A DNA stretch of 64,000 nt from Eubacteriales bacterium (GCA_034178705.1 JAXFQY010000104.1:16379-80378); one strand, 5' to 3'. Positions 29,459-38,803 are shown, counted from the stretch's first letter. Notes: generated from the sequence alone by a model not told the origin. Made by a program: numbers and translations.

Positions 29459-30364
29459 TCAGCCTTCGCTGCTTGTATTCCGTGTGCGTACAGGCTGGTT
29501 CGGGATACGGACGTGAAGTTCGGTTTCCGTTTTTCGCTCCACCCGTTCTACGCGGATATCCACTCCCGCACGGCGCATAACCTCAACCGCCCGGTCAAGC
29601 GTGTTGAAGAACGCCTTGAGATCTCTCATGACGCAGACAGAGCGTCCGGACTTTGCGGCATCCTCGCTCATGGTATCGGCGGCAGCCTCAATTGTTTCCG
29701 CGCTCAGTCCTTCCTCGACTGTACGGCGCAGAAGGGCGCGCCGGGCTTCCTCTCCGGGGACGCGGAGAAGAGCGGCCGTGTGACGGTCGGAAAGTCCGTT
29801 TGTAATAACTGCCGCGCGTTCTTCCGGAGAAAAACGGAGAAGCGCAAGCTTTCTTTTGATATCCTCTTCGCGGCAGGAAAGCCGCTCTGCCATTTCGGAT
29901 ACGGAAAGAGAATAAATCTCCATAAAGGACGAAATGGCTGCTGCCTCATCAAACTGCGTCAACTGCTCGCGCTGGATGTTTTCGGTCAGGGCGATCTCCG
30001 CGCTGGAACGGCTGTCGGTCTGTATAATCAGACAGGGTATTTCCTTCAGACCGAGAAGGCGTGCTGCGCGAAGACGGCGCTCTCCCTCGACAAGTTCATA
30101 CTGCGGATCGGCTCCGCCGCAGTGGCGCACCACAACCGGCTGGATGAGTCCGTAGCGGCGGATACTGTCTGCCAGGGCGTTGATGGATTCCTCGGTGAAC
30201 AGCCGGCGCGGCTGCGAGGGGTTCGGCTGGATTTTTTCCGGCGGAATCCCGTAGACGGCGGCGCCGGAAGGCGCCGCTACCTGAAATCCTCCGTATTGAT
30301 TTCTGCTTGCTTCCTGCATCGTGGCCTTCGGTTTTGTGCGGTTATCAAACATTCTGAGTGCCAT
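29459..30364 (-). CDS. ParB/Spo0J/Noc-family protein (orphan, no adjacent ParA)
   Basis: ParB N-terminal box IQPNPSQPRR, LIQPVVVR and the GERRLRAARLLG (GERRxRA) CTP-binding motif. ATG 30364 sits 5 nt after GGGAGGT; the track start at 30382 is 6 codons upstream. Confidence 0.88.
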   Translation of the reverse strand: MALRMFDNRTKPKATMQEASRNQYGGFQVAAPSGAAVYGIPPEKIQPNPSQPRRLFTEESINALADSIRRYGLIQPVVVRHCGGADPQYELVEGERRLRAARLLGLKEIPCLIIQTDSRSSAEIALTENIQREQLTQFDEAAAISSFMEIYSLSVSEMAERLSCREEDIKRKLALLRFSPEERAAVITNGLSDRHTAALLRVPGEEARRALLRRTVEEGLSAETIEAAADTMSEDAAKSGRSVCVMRDLKAFFNTLDRAVEVMRRAGVDIRVERVERKTETELHVRIPNQPVRTRNTSSEG

Positions 30365-30584
30365 TTTTACCTCCCGGGTCATTGACTGCCTTTTTCTGCG
30401 TTTTTACGATTCCATTATAGTCTGCCATGCCGGCGAAAAAGCACGGATTGTGCGGGCAATACGGTTCTATTTTCCTGGATTTCGGTCGTAATTTGACGCG
30501 GGAATGCAAAAACGGTCAGAGGGGTTGATATTTTTCGCGAAACAGAGTAAAATATCCGTAATACCATTCAAAGGAAGCGTGCCT

Positions 30585-30968
30585 ATGTCATCTTACAGAA
30601 GAGCAAGAATCAATGATGCGGTGAAGGAAGAGCTGTCTCTGGCTCTGCGCGATGTAAAGGATCCTCGTGTCAGTGATGTGATGATCAGCATTACTGCAGC
30701 GGAGGTTGCGCCCGACCTGCGTGAAGCGAAGGTATATTATTCGGTTTTCGGAGGAGAAAAAAAAGAAGCGGCTGCAGGGCTTGCCAGCGCCGCCGGTTAT
30801 CTGCGGAGGGAACTTGCACGGAGACTGAATCTTCGGATCACACCGACTCTGAGCTTCGTCGAGGACGACTCAATGGAGCACGGTGCCCGTATTTCCCGCC
30901 TGATTGCCGAAAATACCCCGGAACCGGAGGAAAAAGAGCAGCCATCCTCGGAGATGGATACTCAGTAA
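30585..30968 (+). CDS. rbfA: ribosome-binding factor A
   Basis: RARINDAVKEELSLALRDVKDPRV...ITAAEVAPDLREAKVYYSV is the RbfA KH-like core. It has an acidic C-terminal tail. It is not in a nusA-infB context here. Confidence 0.9.
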   Translation: MSSYRRARINDAVKEELSLALRDVKDPRVSDVMISITAAEVAPDLREAKVYYSVFGGEKKEAAAGLASAAGYLRRELARRLNLRITPTLSFVEDDSMEHGARISRLIAENTPEPEEKEQPSSEMDTQ

Positions 30969-31054
30969 TTCATGGTAAGCCATTTCAAACAGTTTCTGCC
31001 GCTTCCGACAAAAACAGGGAGCGGCAGAAACGCAAATGACCGGAAAACAAAAAA

Positions 31055-31088
31055 ACGACAACCATTCTTTTGAAGGTTGTCGTTTTTT
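31055..31088. terminator. bidirectional terminator between rbfA and tRNA-Lys
   Basis: Stem ACGACAACC / GGTTGTCGT flanked by an A-run on the 5' side and TTTTTT on the 3' side. Confidence 0.75.
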
Positions 31089-31163
31089 GGTGCTCCTGCG
31101 GAGAATCGAACTCCGGACACCTTGATTAAAAGTCAAGTGCTCTACCAGCTGAGCTACAGGGGC
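31088..31163 (-). tRNA. tRNA-Lys (anticodon UUU), CCA encoded
   Basis: The reverse complement folds as GCCCCTG-TA-GCTC-AGCTGGTA-GAGC-A-CTTGA-CTTTTAA-TCAAG-GTGTC-CGGAG-TTCGATT-CTCCG-CAGGAGC-ACCA. The D, anticodon and T arms are perfect. There is one C3:A70 mismatch in the acceptor stem. Confidence 0.93.
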
Positions 31164-31416
31164 GTTATTGATGAATGCCGTATTATGTTATCACAGACCG
31201 AGCGTTTTGTCAACACTTTTTCGCAGGAAAAAAAGACGGCAGGCAAAGAAAAGACAGTTTTTTCTCCCAGGCAAAGGATTCGTTCTGAAAATCCGGTATC
31301 CCCATGGAGAGAGAAAAGGGTAACTTACGGAAAAACAAAAGGAAATTCTTGATTTTACCCGCCCGATGTGTTACCATAACAAAGTTAGCATTTCATACTC
31401 GGAGGTGATACAAAGA

Positions 31417-33162
31417 ATGCTGAAAAGGCTTGCGGGGTGCATCGGTGCATACAAGCGGTCAACGATTCTGACGCCGGTTTTTATCGTCGGCGAGGTTGTG
31501 ATCGAATGCCTGATGCCCTTTATCATTGCCAATTTGATTAATGATATCCAGAACGGATGCGGCATGACCGAGATCCTGCAAAGCGGGCTTGTTCTGCTGC
31601 TGTTGGCAATTCTCTCTCTTTTCTGCGGTGCAGCAGCAGGCTTTACGGCGTCCAAGGCTTCCGCCGGTTTTGCACGGAATCTGCGCAGCGCCGTATACAA
31701 CAAGACTCTTGATTTTTCCTTTGAGAATATTGACAAATTTTCCTCTGCCTCTCTTGTTACCCGTATGACAACCGATGTATCGAACGTCCAGATGGCCTTT
31801 ATGATGATTATCCGGATTGCCGTCCGTTGTCCGCTGATGCTGATTTTTTCCGTTATCATGTCCTTTATCATGGGCGGAAAGCTTGCCTTGCTGTTTGCGA
31901 TTGTCATCCCCGTTCTTTTATTCGGGCTTTTCCTGATTGCCAGGTATGCTATGCCCGCGTTCCGGGCAGTTTTCCGAAAATATGATAAGCTGAACGAATC
32001 GATTGAGGAAAATGTTGCGGCGATGCGTGTGGTCAAGGGGTTTGTCCGAGAGGATTATGAGAAGAAAAAATTCGGAGAGGCGGCGGAAAATATCCGCCGC
32101 GATTTCACCAAGGCGGAGCGGATTGTCGCATGCAATGAGCCGCTGATGCAGTTTTGCGTTTACTTCAACATGGTCTTTATCATGTTTGTCGGTGCAAAAC
32201 TGATTATTGCGAGTACCGGAATCGACCTTAATGTCGGGCATCTTTCTTCCATGCTGACCTACGGTATGCAGGTCCTGATGTCACTGATGATGCTCTCGAT
32301 GATTTATGTCATGCTTACCATGTCTGCCGAGTCTGCTCGTCGAATCGATGAAGTTCTCCGCGAGACCCCGGCACTTTCCGATCCCGAACATCCGGTTAAC
32401 GGAGTTGCAGACGGCTCTGTGGAGTTCGAGTCGGTCAGCTTCAAATATTCCGCAGATGCGGAAAAATATGCACTCTCCGATATCTGTCTTTCGATCCGTT
32501 CCGGGGAAACGGTTGGCATTATCGGCGGTACCGGTTCCGGAAAATCGACACTGGTACAGCTGATTCCCCGGCTTTACGATGTTACCGTCGGAACGGTTCG
32601 CGTCGGGGGTGTTGATGTTCGCAATTACGATATGGAATCCCTGCGGGAAGCCGTTGCAATGGTTTTGCAGAAGAATATCCTGTTTTCCGGCACAATTCGG
32701 GAAAATCTCCTTTGGGGCAATGAAAACGCAACCGACGAGGAGCTTGTTGAAGCTTGCCGTCTTGCCCAGGCGCATGATTTCATTCTGTCTTTTCCCGACG
32801 GCTACGATACAAAAATTGAACAGGGCGGCACGAATGTTTCCGGCGGGCAGAAGCAGCGGCTGTGTATTGCCCGTGCGCTCCTGAAAAAACCGAAGATCCT
32901 GATTCTCGACGATTCAACCAGCGCCGTTGATACCAAGACCGACGCACAGATCCGGCACGGTTTCGAACAATACATTCCGTCCACCACAAAAATCATCATT
33001 GCCCAGCGCATTTCCTCCGTGGAGCACGCAGACAAGATTGTTGTTATGGACGGCGGCAGAATTGTTGATATCGGCCGTCATGAGGAGCTTCTTGGGCGCA
33101 GCGATATTTACCGTGAGGTTTATGAGCAGCAGACAAAGGGAGGAAAGAGCGATGAGCAATGA
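31417..33162 (+). CDS. ABC exporter half-transporter (TMD-NBD), degenerate-site subunit
   Basis: 6-TM domain plus an NBD. Walker A GGTGSGKST and signature VSGGQKQR are present. Walker B is ILILDDSTSAVD (Asp where the catalytic Glu is expected) and the H-loop is IIAQRIS (Gln in place of His). ATG 31417 follows GGAGGTG. Confidence 0.92.
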   Translation: MLKRLAGCIGAYKRSTILTPVFIVGEVVIECLMPFIIANLINDIQNGCGMTEILQSGLVLLLLAILSLFCGAAAGFTASKASAGFARNLRSAVYNKTLDFSFENIDKFSSASLVTRMTTDVSNVQMAFMMIIRIAVRCPLMLIFSVIMSFIMGGKLALLFAIVIPVLLFGLFLIARYAMPAFRAVFRKYDKLNESIEENVAAMRVVKGFVREDYEKKKFGEAAENIRRDFTKAERIVACNEPLMQFCVYFNMVFIMFVGAKLIIASTGIDLNVGHLSSMLTYGMQVLMSLMMLSMIYVMLTMSAESARRIDEVLRETPALSDPEHPVNGVADGSVEFESVSFKYSADAEKYALSDICLSIRSGETVGIIGGTGSGKSTLVQLIPRLYDVTVGTVRVGGVDVRNYDMESLREAVAMVLQKNILFSGTIRENLLWGNENATDEELVEACRLAQAHDFILSFPDGYDTKIEQGGTNVSGGQKQRLCIARALLKKPKILILDDSTSAVDTKTDAQIRHGFEQYIPSTTKIIIAQRISSVEHADKIVVMDGGRIVDIGRHEELLGRSDIYREVYEQQTKGGKSDEQ

Positions 33163-35065
33163 AAAAAAGCCGATCCGCCGTCCGCCTGTGAATTGGAAGG
33201 GGCTAGGCAGACTGATCCGCATTCTCCTTTCCTATTATCCGGTTCTGGTTCCCCTGACAGGAATCCTGATTCTGTTTTCCTCTGTGGTTTCCGCCATTCC
33301 TTCTCTGTTTACAAAGCAAGTTATTGAGATTATCGAGCGGTATATGGACAGTGGCGATTGGATTGCCGCCAAGGCAGAGATTCTTCCTGTTCTCGGTATG
33401 CTGATGATTTTTTATCTGCTCTCTATCGTTTCTCTCATCGCTTATACACAGATCATGGCATATATCACGCAGGGATTTCTCTGCAAGCTCCGCAGAGAAA
33501 TGTTCAACCGAATGCAGGATCTGCCGATCCGGTATTTTGATACACATCGTCACGGCGATATCATGAGTTACTATACAAATGATATCGATACCCTCAGACA
33601 GCTGGTGTCCCAGTCAATCCCTTCTTTGATCCGCGCAGGCGCAATTGTACTGGTTGTCTTTTCCATTATGCTGTATTACAGCTTTTGGCTGACGCTTGTG
33701 GTAGTTTTCGGCGTGGTACTCATGTTTCTGGTTTCCAAGACGGTTGGCGGAGGTTCTGCCCAATATTTTGTCCGTCAGCAAAAATCGATGGGTGCTCTTG
33801 AGGGCTATGTACAGGAAATGATGAGCGGTCAGCGCGTTGTCAAGGTATTCTGCCATGAGAACAAGAGCCGCGAGGGCTTTGAAAAGCTGAACGAGAATCT
33901 GTACAGCGACGGCTACAAGGCAAATGCTTTTGCCAATACACTCGGTCCGATCATTATGAACATCGGCAACGTTCTCTATGTTCTGTGCGCCTTTATCGGA
34001 GGACTGCTGCTTGTTTCCGGAGCGAAAAACATCAGCCTTTCCGGAGCCGCTCTTTCCATCAGCATCGTGGTTCCTTTTCTGAATATGACAAAGCAGTTCA
34101 CCGGCAACTTCAATCAGGTCTCCCAACAAATCAACTCCGTTGTGATGGCAATGGCTGGGGCAGAGCGTGTTTTCGCTTTGATGGACGAGAAGCCGGAGAC
34201 CGATGAGGGGTATGTGACCCTTGTCAACGCAAAAATCGGGGAAAACGGGGAAATCACGGAGTCTGAAGCACGCACCGGTATCTGGGCATGGAAGCACCCG
34301 CACGGGGACGGGACCGTAACCTATACCCGTCTGCAAGGCGATGTTCACCTGACGGATGTTGATTTTTCCTATGATGGGGAAAAACAGGTTCTTTACGATG
34401 TCTCCGTTTATGCGGAACCCGGTCAGAAGGTTGCCTTCGTCGGTGCAACGGGTGCCGGAAAAACAACAATTACCAATCTGATCAACCGGTTTTACGATAT
34501 TGCGGACGGAAAGGTCCGCTATGACGGAATCAATATCAACAAGATCAGAAAGGCGGATCTGCGCCGCTCACTCGGTCTGGTTCTTCAGGATACGAATCTG
34601 TTTACCGGAACGGTTATGGACAATATCCGCTACGGCAGACTGGACGCGACCGACGCGGAATGCCATGACGCCGCCGTGCTTGCGGGAGCCGACGATTTTA
34701 TTTCCCGTCTCCCGCAGGGCTATCAAACCATGCTGACCAACAACGGCTCCAATCTTTCGCAGGGGCAGCGCCAGCTGATCGCCATTGCCCGTGCTGCCGT
34801 TGCCGATCCGCCGGTCATGATTCTTGATGAGGCGACCTCCTCGATTGATACCCGAACGGAGGCGATTGTATCCCGCGGAATGGATAAACTGATGGAGGGA
34901 AGGACGGTATTCGTAATCGCCCACCGGTTGTCCACTGTTATGAACTCGGATGTCATTATGGTGCTCGATCACGGAAGAATTATCGAGCGCGGAAGCCACG
35001 AAAAGCTCATTTCCGAACATGGCGTGTATTACAGCCTGTACACCGGCGCATTTGAGCTGGAGTGA
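33152..35065 (+). CDS. ABC exporter half-transporter (TMD-NBD), consensus-site subunit
   Basis: Overlaps the upstream gene by 11 nt. Walker A GATGAGKTT, Walker B MILDEATSSID and H-loop VIAHRLST are canonical, but the signature motif is the degenerate LSQGQRQ. Confidence 0.92.
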   Translation: MSNEKKPIRRPPVNWKGLGRLIRILLSYYPVLVPLTGILILFSSVVSAIPSLFTKQVIEIIERYMDSGDWIAAKAEILPVLGMLMIFYLLSIVSLIAYTQIMAYITQGFLCKLRREMFNRMQDLPIRYFDTHRHGDIMSYYTNDIDTLRQLVSQSIPSLIRAGAIVLVVFSIMLYYSFWLTLVVVFGVVLMFLVSKTVGGGSAQYFVRQQKSMGALEGYVQEMMSGQRVVKVFCHENKSREGFEKLNENLYSDGYKANAFANTLGPIIMNIGNVLYVLCAFIGGLLLVSGAKNISLSGAALSISIVVPFLNMTKQFTGNFNQVSQQINSVVMAMAGAERVFALMDEKPETDEGYVTLVNAKIGENGEITESEARTGIWAWKHPHGDGTVTYTRLQGDVHLTDVDFSYDGEKQVLYDVSVYAEPGQKVAFVGATGAGKTTITNLINRFYDIADGKVRYDGININKIRKADLRRSLGLVLQDTNLFTGTVMDNIRYGRLDATDAECHDAAVLAGADDFISRLPQGYQTMLTNNGSNLSQGQRQLIAIARAAVADPPVMILDEATSSIDTRTEAIVSRGMDKLMEGRTVFVIAHRLSTVMNSDVIMVLDHGRIIERGSHEKLISEHGVYYSLYTGAFELE

Positions 35066-35083
35066 TTTCCGGTATTCTTTGCT

Positions 35084-35114
35084 CCCCGGCGCGTGAAGCG
35101 CCGGGGATTTTTTT
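35084..35114 (+). terminator. intrinsic terminator of the ABC exporter operon
   Basis: Stem CCCCGGCGC / GCGCCGGGG with loop GTGAA, followed by TTTTTTT. Confidence 0.85.
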
Positions 35115-35341
35115 CGGATTCCGAGCGAATCTGCAAAGAAAAGCGGGTCTTTATTGACTTTGAGGCGTTCTGTGATCCGGTTTTCGGAGGATATCCGACA
35201 GGGGCGGGAAGCCAAATACCTCTTTTTCCCCTCTTTTCTACTCTGTCGGGAGGCTCAGAGATACCCGGAAAAAGACAAAAAAAGCAGGGGAAAACCGCCG
35301 AAATTTGAACCGAAAACGACGGCTGTGTTTCGGCAGGATAA

Positions 35342-35370
35342 TTGACAGAGACGGATTTCTTCGATATAAT
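35342..35370 (+). promoter_or_regulatory. SigA-type promoter for the SGNH/BNR lipoprotein operon
   Basis: Perfect TTGACA (35342-35347), 17-nt spacer, perfect TATAAT (35365-35370). Confidence 0.65.
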
Positions 35371-35445
35371 ATAAATACAATTGGTTATCTTTCAATTGAC
35401 AGAGAAGGATTATTTGAAATGTAAAAAGAAAGGATTGCAGAAAAC

Positions 35446-36306
35446 ATGAAACGAATACTGTTTGCCGTTGCTCTCCTTCTGCTTCTTCCCGGCTTTGCTG
35501 CGTGTGAGGCAAAAGCCCCCTCTTCAGAGACAACGGCCGTAAAGACGCAGGAGGCGACGGAACCAGTGCTGCCGCAAACAACAACAGAAACACCCGCAAC
35601 AACAGTGACTGAGCCTGTAACAACAGCCGCGCAGCCAAAGAAAGACAAAATACGAATTGCCTGCATCGGGGACAGTTTGACTTACGGTACCGGTTCTTCC
35701 AATCCTTCCGTTTTCAGCTATCCCGTTCAGCTTCAGAAATACCTGAATGCCGCACAAAGCGAGACGCTGTATACTGTGCTGAATTACGGCAAGCCGAGTG
35801 CTTATGCGATCAACAACAAGGAATACGACTTCACCTATCCGAGCAAAAACAGCAACGCCTATACCGAGTCGGAGCAATACAAAAACTCTCTGAACTGTCA
35901 GCCTGACATCGTGATTATCATGCTCGGAACGAATGATGCCTATGCCGCTGCAGCAAACAAGAATGTTTCGGAAAAATATACAGCATCTCTTGAGAAAATC
36001 GTGGATACCTATCTTGCTCTTGAATCCACACCGGAGGTTATCCTCATGCTTTGCCCAAGCCGTTTTGACAATGCGACACGGTTGAAATCGGTGACGAACA
36101 TCATTCATCCCGCCATCCGGGATGTGGCGGAGCGCAAAGAAATCCGGCTGATTGATGCTTATACCATGACAAACGAAGCCCTAGCAGATCGCGCAACCGC
36201 CGTACGGGAGAAAGTTTTCAATTCTGACGGGGTTCATTTGTCTGACAAGGGTTATGAAATGCTTGCGGAGCTGATTGGCAGAACCATTCTCGGAGAGAAC
36301 GATTAA
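35446..36306 (+). CDS. SGNH/GDSL-family esterase lipoprotein
   Basis: Lipobox LLLLPGFAAC. Block I IACIGDSLTYG, block III MLGTNDA, block V DGVHLS. Confidence 0.88.
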   Translation: MKRILFAVALLLLLPGFAACEAKAPSSETTAVKTQEATEPVLPQTTTETPATTVTEPVTTAAQPKKDKIRIACIGDSLTYGTGSSNPSVFSYPVQLQKYLNAAQSETLYTVLNYGKPSAYAINNKEYDFTYPSKNSNAYTESEQYKNSLNCQPDIVIIMLGTNDAYAAAANKNVSEKYTASLEKIVDTYLALESTPEVILMLCPSRFDNATRLKSVTNIIHPAIRDVAERKEIRLIDAYTMTNEALADRATAVREKVFNSDGVHLSDKGYEMLAELIGRTILGEND

Positions 36307-36319
36307 GGAAGGAGCCTAC

Positions 36320-38170
36320 ATGAAAAAGATGATCTCTGCGTTGCTTTCCTGCGCTATTCTGTTGCCGTTGATGGCGGCCTGTGAGGGGAGCACCCCCTCC
36401 TCCACCACCGAGGGAAACACAGAATCGCCCGTTGTGACAACAACTCCGATCACAACCGTAGAAGAACCGTCCTCTCAGACGCTTGTCATCCATACGATCG
36501 GGGAACTGAATACAACCGAATATCCGCTTGACAGCGCTGCGGGAAGCGAGCAATTCAGCTCACTGATGCAGGATTTCCGTGCCTCCAAAACGCTGAACGG
36601 CGAACTGAACGGGATAGCCGCATATTATCCGCGTGTCAAGAAGATCAGCGACGATGCCTATGTGATGATTTTTCACAACACCACATACGGCGGCAGTGTT
36701 TATTGCTCCATGAGTACCGATTGCTATAATTGGGGCTCGCCGCGTGCTGTCTTTCGTCAATCGACCGTCAAAGTAAACGGTGTAACCGACAATCTGAAGT
36801 ACATGACTCCGGATGCATGTGTTCTCTCAGACGGACGGTTGCTCTGCGTAACCAGTTTCCGTGCCGAGCATGCCTACCAGACCGCAATCGACTATAACGG
36901 CGTCGCGGTCAGCTATTCTTCGGATAACGGAAAGACCTGGACCGAGCCGGAGACTGTCTATGTCGGTACGAACTGGGAGCCGATGGTTATGCAGGCGGAC
37001 AACGGGGAAATCTATATTTTCTTTACCTGTACCGCACCCTCCATATATCTCAGTGATTTCGACCACCGTTCCAGCGGAGTCGGTATGATCCGTTCCACAG
37101 ACGGAGGAAAAACCTGGAGCCCGAATGTGACAGGCGCGCCTTACATTCCCCAGTATGTTATGCGTCAGTATGTCACTACTGTTGACGGAGTGAAGAAGTA
37201 TACCGATCAGATGCCGGTAGCCCTGCAGCTGAATAACGGAACGATTGCCTTGGCGGCGGAAAGCCAGTTGACCAACGGCTATAAATTCTCCATTTGTTAT
37301 ACCGATGACTATTTTGCGACCGATGTCGGAATGGAAAAGACCGGACCCGTAGGCAGAAAAACAAATCTTTTCAATGCAGCCGGTCCATACCTTGCACAGT
37401 TTGATTCCGGTGAGGTGATTCTTACCTATCACTGGACAAAAACCTTCCGTTACCGCCTCGCGAACTGCACGGCAACAACCTTCTTTGATGAGAAAACACT
37501 CTTCTCGGAGTCCGGTATGTGGGGCTCCGTCGAGAAGCTGACCAGTCACAGCGCCGTGATTGTCGCCCCGACAAAAGAGGACTACAAAATTCAATTGGCT
37601 CGCGTTTATCTTAACCATACCTTAAACGCGCAAAAGATGACACCGAGTCTCACGGCCAACACCGCGGAATGGGACGGCAATACCGATGCGTTATTTGCCG
37701 GAGAGAACAGTCAGGCACAGGTAGCAGTCCGCGTTGCCCATGATGAGAAAAATGTCTATTTGCTTGCTGAGGTTTCCGACCGTTATCTTACCGATGCAGA
37801 CAAGTTTATCTTTTATTGCCACGACGGCAAGGAAGGGCAGTATGCTGTCACGCTCTCCGTTGCCGAAGTGATAACGGAGTACCGTGCGTCCATTACGGAA
37901 AAAGCCAGCGAGGTTGATGCGTCGTCACTCGGAATTCGCACACATGTTGCCTTTGACGGCACGGTCGGCGATGTTACTGACATCGATAACGGGTATGTTT
38001 ATGAGGTGGCGATTCCGAAAACGCTTCTCGGTGTTGAGGATATGCTTGCCTTCCGCTTCCGGCTGATCAGCCGCGATAGTGCGAACGGCAAGACCGTTCA
38101 GGAGGATCCTTATCCTTCCGCGGGTCTGAAGGATACTTCCGGATGGGCGAAGGCAAAGCTTGTTCCGTGA
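36320..38170 (+). CDS. BNR/Asp-box beta-propeller (sialidase-fold) lipoprotein with a C-terminal CBM9-like domain
   Basis: Lipobox LLPLMAAC. Two Asp-boxes, SSDNGKTW and STDGGKTW. The C-terminal segment AEWDGNTDALFAG...VRVAHDEKNVYLLAEVSD resembles CBM9 or DOMON-type sugar-binding modules. ATG 36320 follows AAGGAAGGAG. Confidence 0.8.
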   Translation: MKKMISALLSCAILLPLMAACEGSTPSSTTEGNTESPVVTTTPITTVEEPSSQTLVIHTIGELNTTEYPLDSAAGSEQFSSLMQDFRASKTLNGELNGIAAYYPRVKKISDDAYVMIFHNTTYGGSVYCSMSTDCYNWGSPRAVFRQSTVKVNGVTDNLKYMTPDACVLSDGRLLCVTSFRAEHAYQTAIDYNGVAVSYSSDNGKTWTEPETVYVGTNWEPMVMQADNGEIYIFFTCTAPSIYLSDFDHRSSGVGMIRSTDGGKTWSPNVTGAPYIPQYVMRQYVTTVDGVKKYTDQMPVALQLNNGTIALAAESQLTNGYKFSICYTDDYFATDVGMEKTGPVGRKTNLFNAAGPYLAQFDSGEVILTYHWTKTFRYRLANCTATTFFDEKTLFSESGMWGSVEKLTSHSAVIVAPTKEDYKIQLARVYLNHTLNAQKMTPSLTANTAEWDGNTDALFAGENSQAQVAVRVAHDEKNVYLLAEVSDRYLTDADKFIFYCHDGKEGQYAVTLSVAEVITEYRASITEKASEVDASSLGIRTHVAFDGTVGDVTDIDNGYVYEVAIPKTLLGVEDMLAFRFRLISRDSANGKTVQEDPYPSAGLKDTSGWAKAKLVP

Positions 38171-38456
38171 ATTCCGGAAGGGGAAAAGCCTCTATAGGAT
38201 TCCCGCTCTGTAAGGAACGGATTTCCGATTCCGCTGTCGGCACACAGAGCTGATCCGCGCCATGTGCAAGTACCGTTCTGCAACTTTTGTTCTGCAATCC
38301 CCGGCTGATTCATCTTCCGGACGCTTATCTCCGGGGAAAACGTCACGGTTTCTGTACGGGATAATAGGAAGCGGCTTCCTTTGTTCACAAAAGGAGCCGG
38401 AGGATGAAAATCCGATCTTCCTTTTTTCGAAAACCGAATCCCACTTGCTTTTTCGC

Positions 38457-38508
38457 AGAGAGACGAACCTCCGGCCGTTCCGACCGCGGGTTCGTCTCTC
38501 TTCCTTTT
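38457..38508 (+). terminator. terminator-like hairpin inside the long gene-free tract
   Basis: 13-bp stem AGAGAGACGAACC / GGTTCGTCTCTCT closing a 19-nt loop that contains a smaller hairpin. Followed by TCCTTTT. Confidence 0.55.
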
Positions 38509-38691
38509 GACAAACACCCTCTTCCTCTTCTTTTCCGATCCTCATTTTTATGGAGACGCTGCGCTGCGCGAATACCGTTACTGCGGATTCTTTTCCCGGT
38601 TTGATTCCGCGGGGATCGCCTTTGCTTGCCCCCTCTTCTGCCGACAGGGAAGCTTTCGGGAAAAACCGGCTTGTTTTCCCTCATTTGCGAC

Positions 38692-38722
38692 TGCTTACCG
38701 CGGAAAATTTACCGCTTACTGC
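38692..38722 (+). promoter_or_regulatory. candidate LytTR-type direct repeats
   Basis: TGCTTACCGC (38692-38701) and CGCTTACTGC (38713-38722) match at 8 of 10 positions and are spaced 21 nt apart. They lie about 30 nt upstream of a TTGCTT-17-TATAAT promoter (38751-38779) in front of the LytTR gene. Confidence 0.4.
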
Positions 38723-38803
38723 TATAAGACGACCTCTTGCCCCTTTTCCCTTGCTTTTTTCTCATACGACGGGTATAATCGAATCATGGAAAGGCGGTAG
38801 ACC

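Noticed and set aside
30870-31352. 88-aa and 91-aa ORFs around 31.1 kb
   Set aside because: They overlap the tRNA-Lys gene and its terminator and promoter.
38404-38604. 66-aa very basic ORF with a good SD
   Set aside because: It reads through a strong hairpin with a T-run and has Arg/Phe/Leu-rich, non-genic composition. I did not call it as a CDS. It is mentioned under the gene-free-tract finding as something to test.
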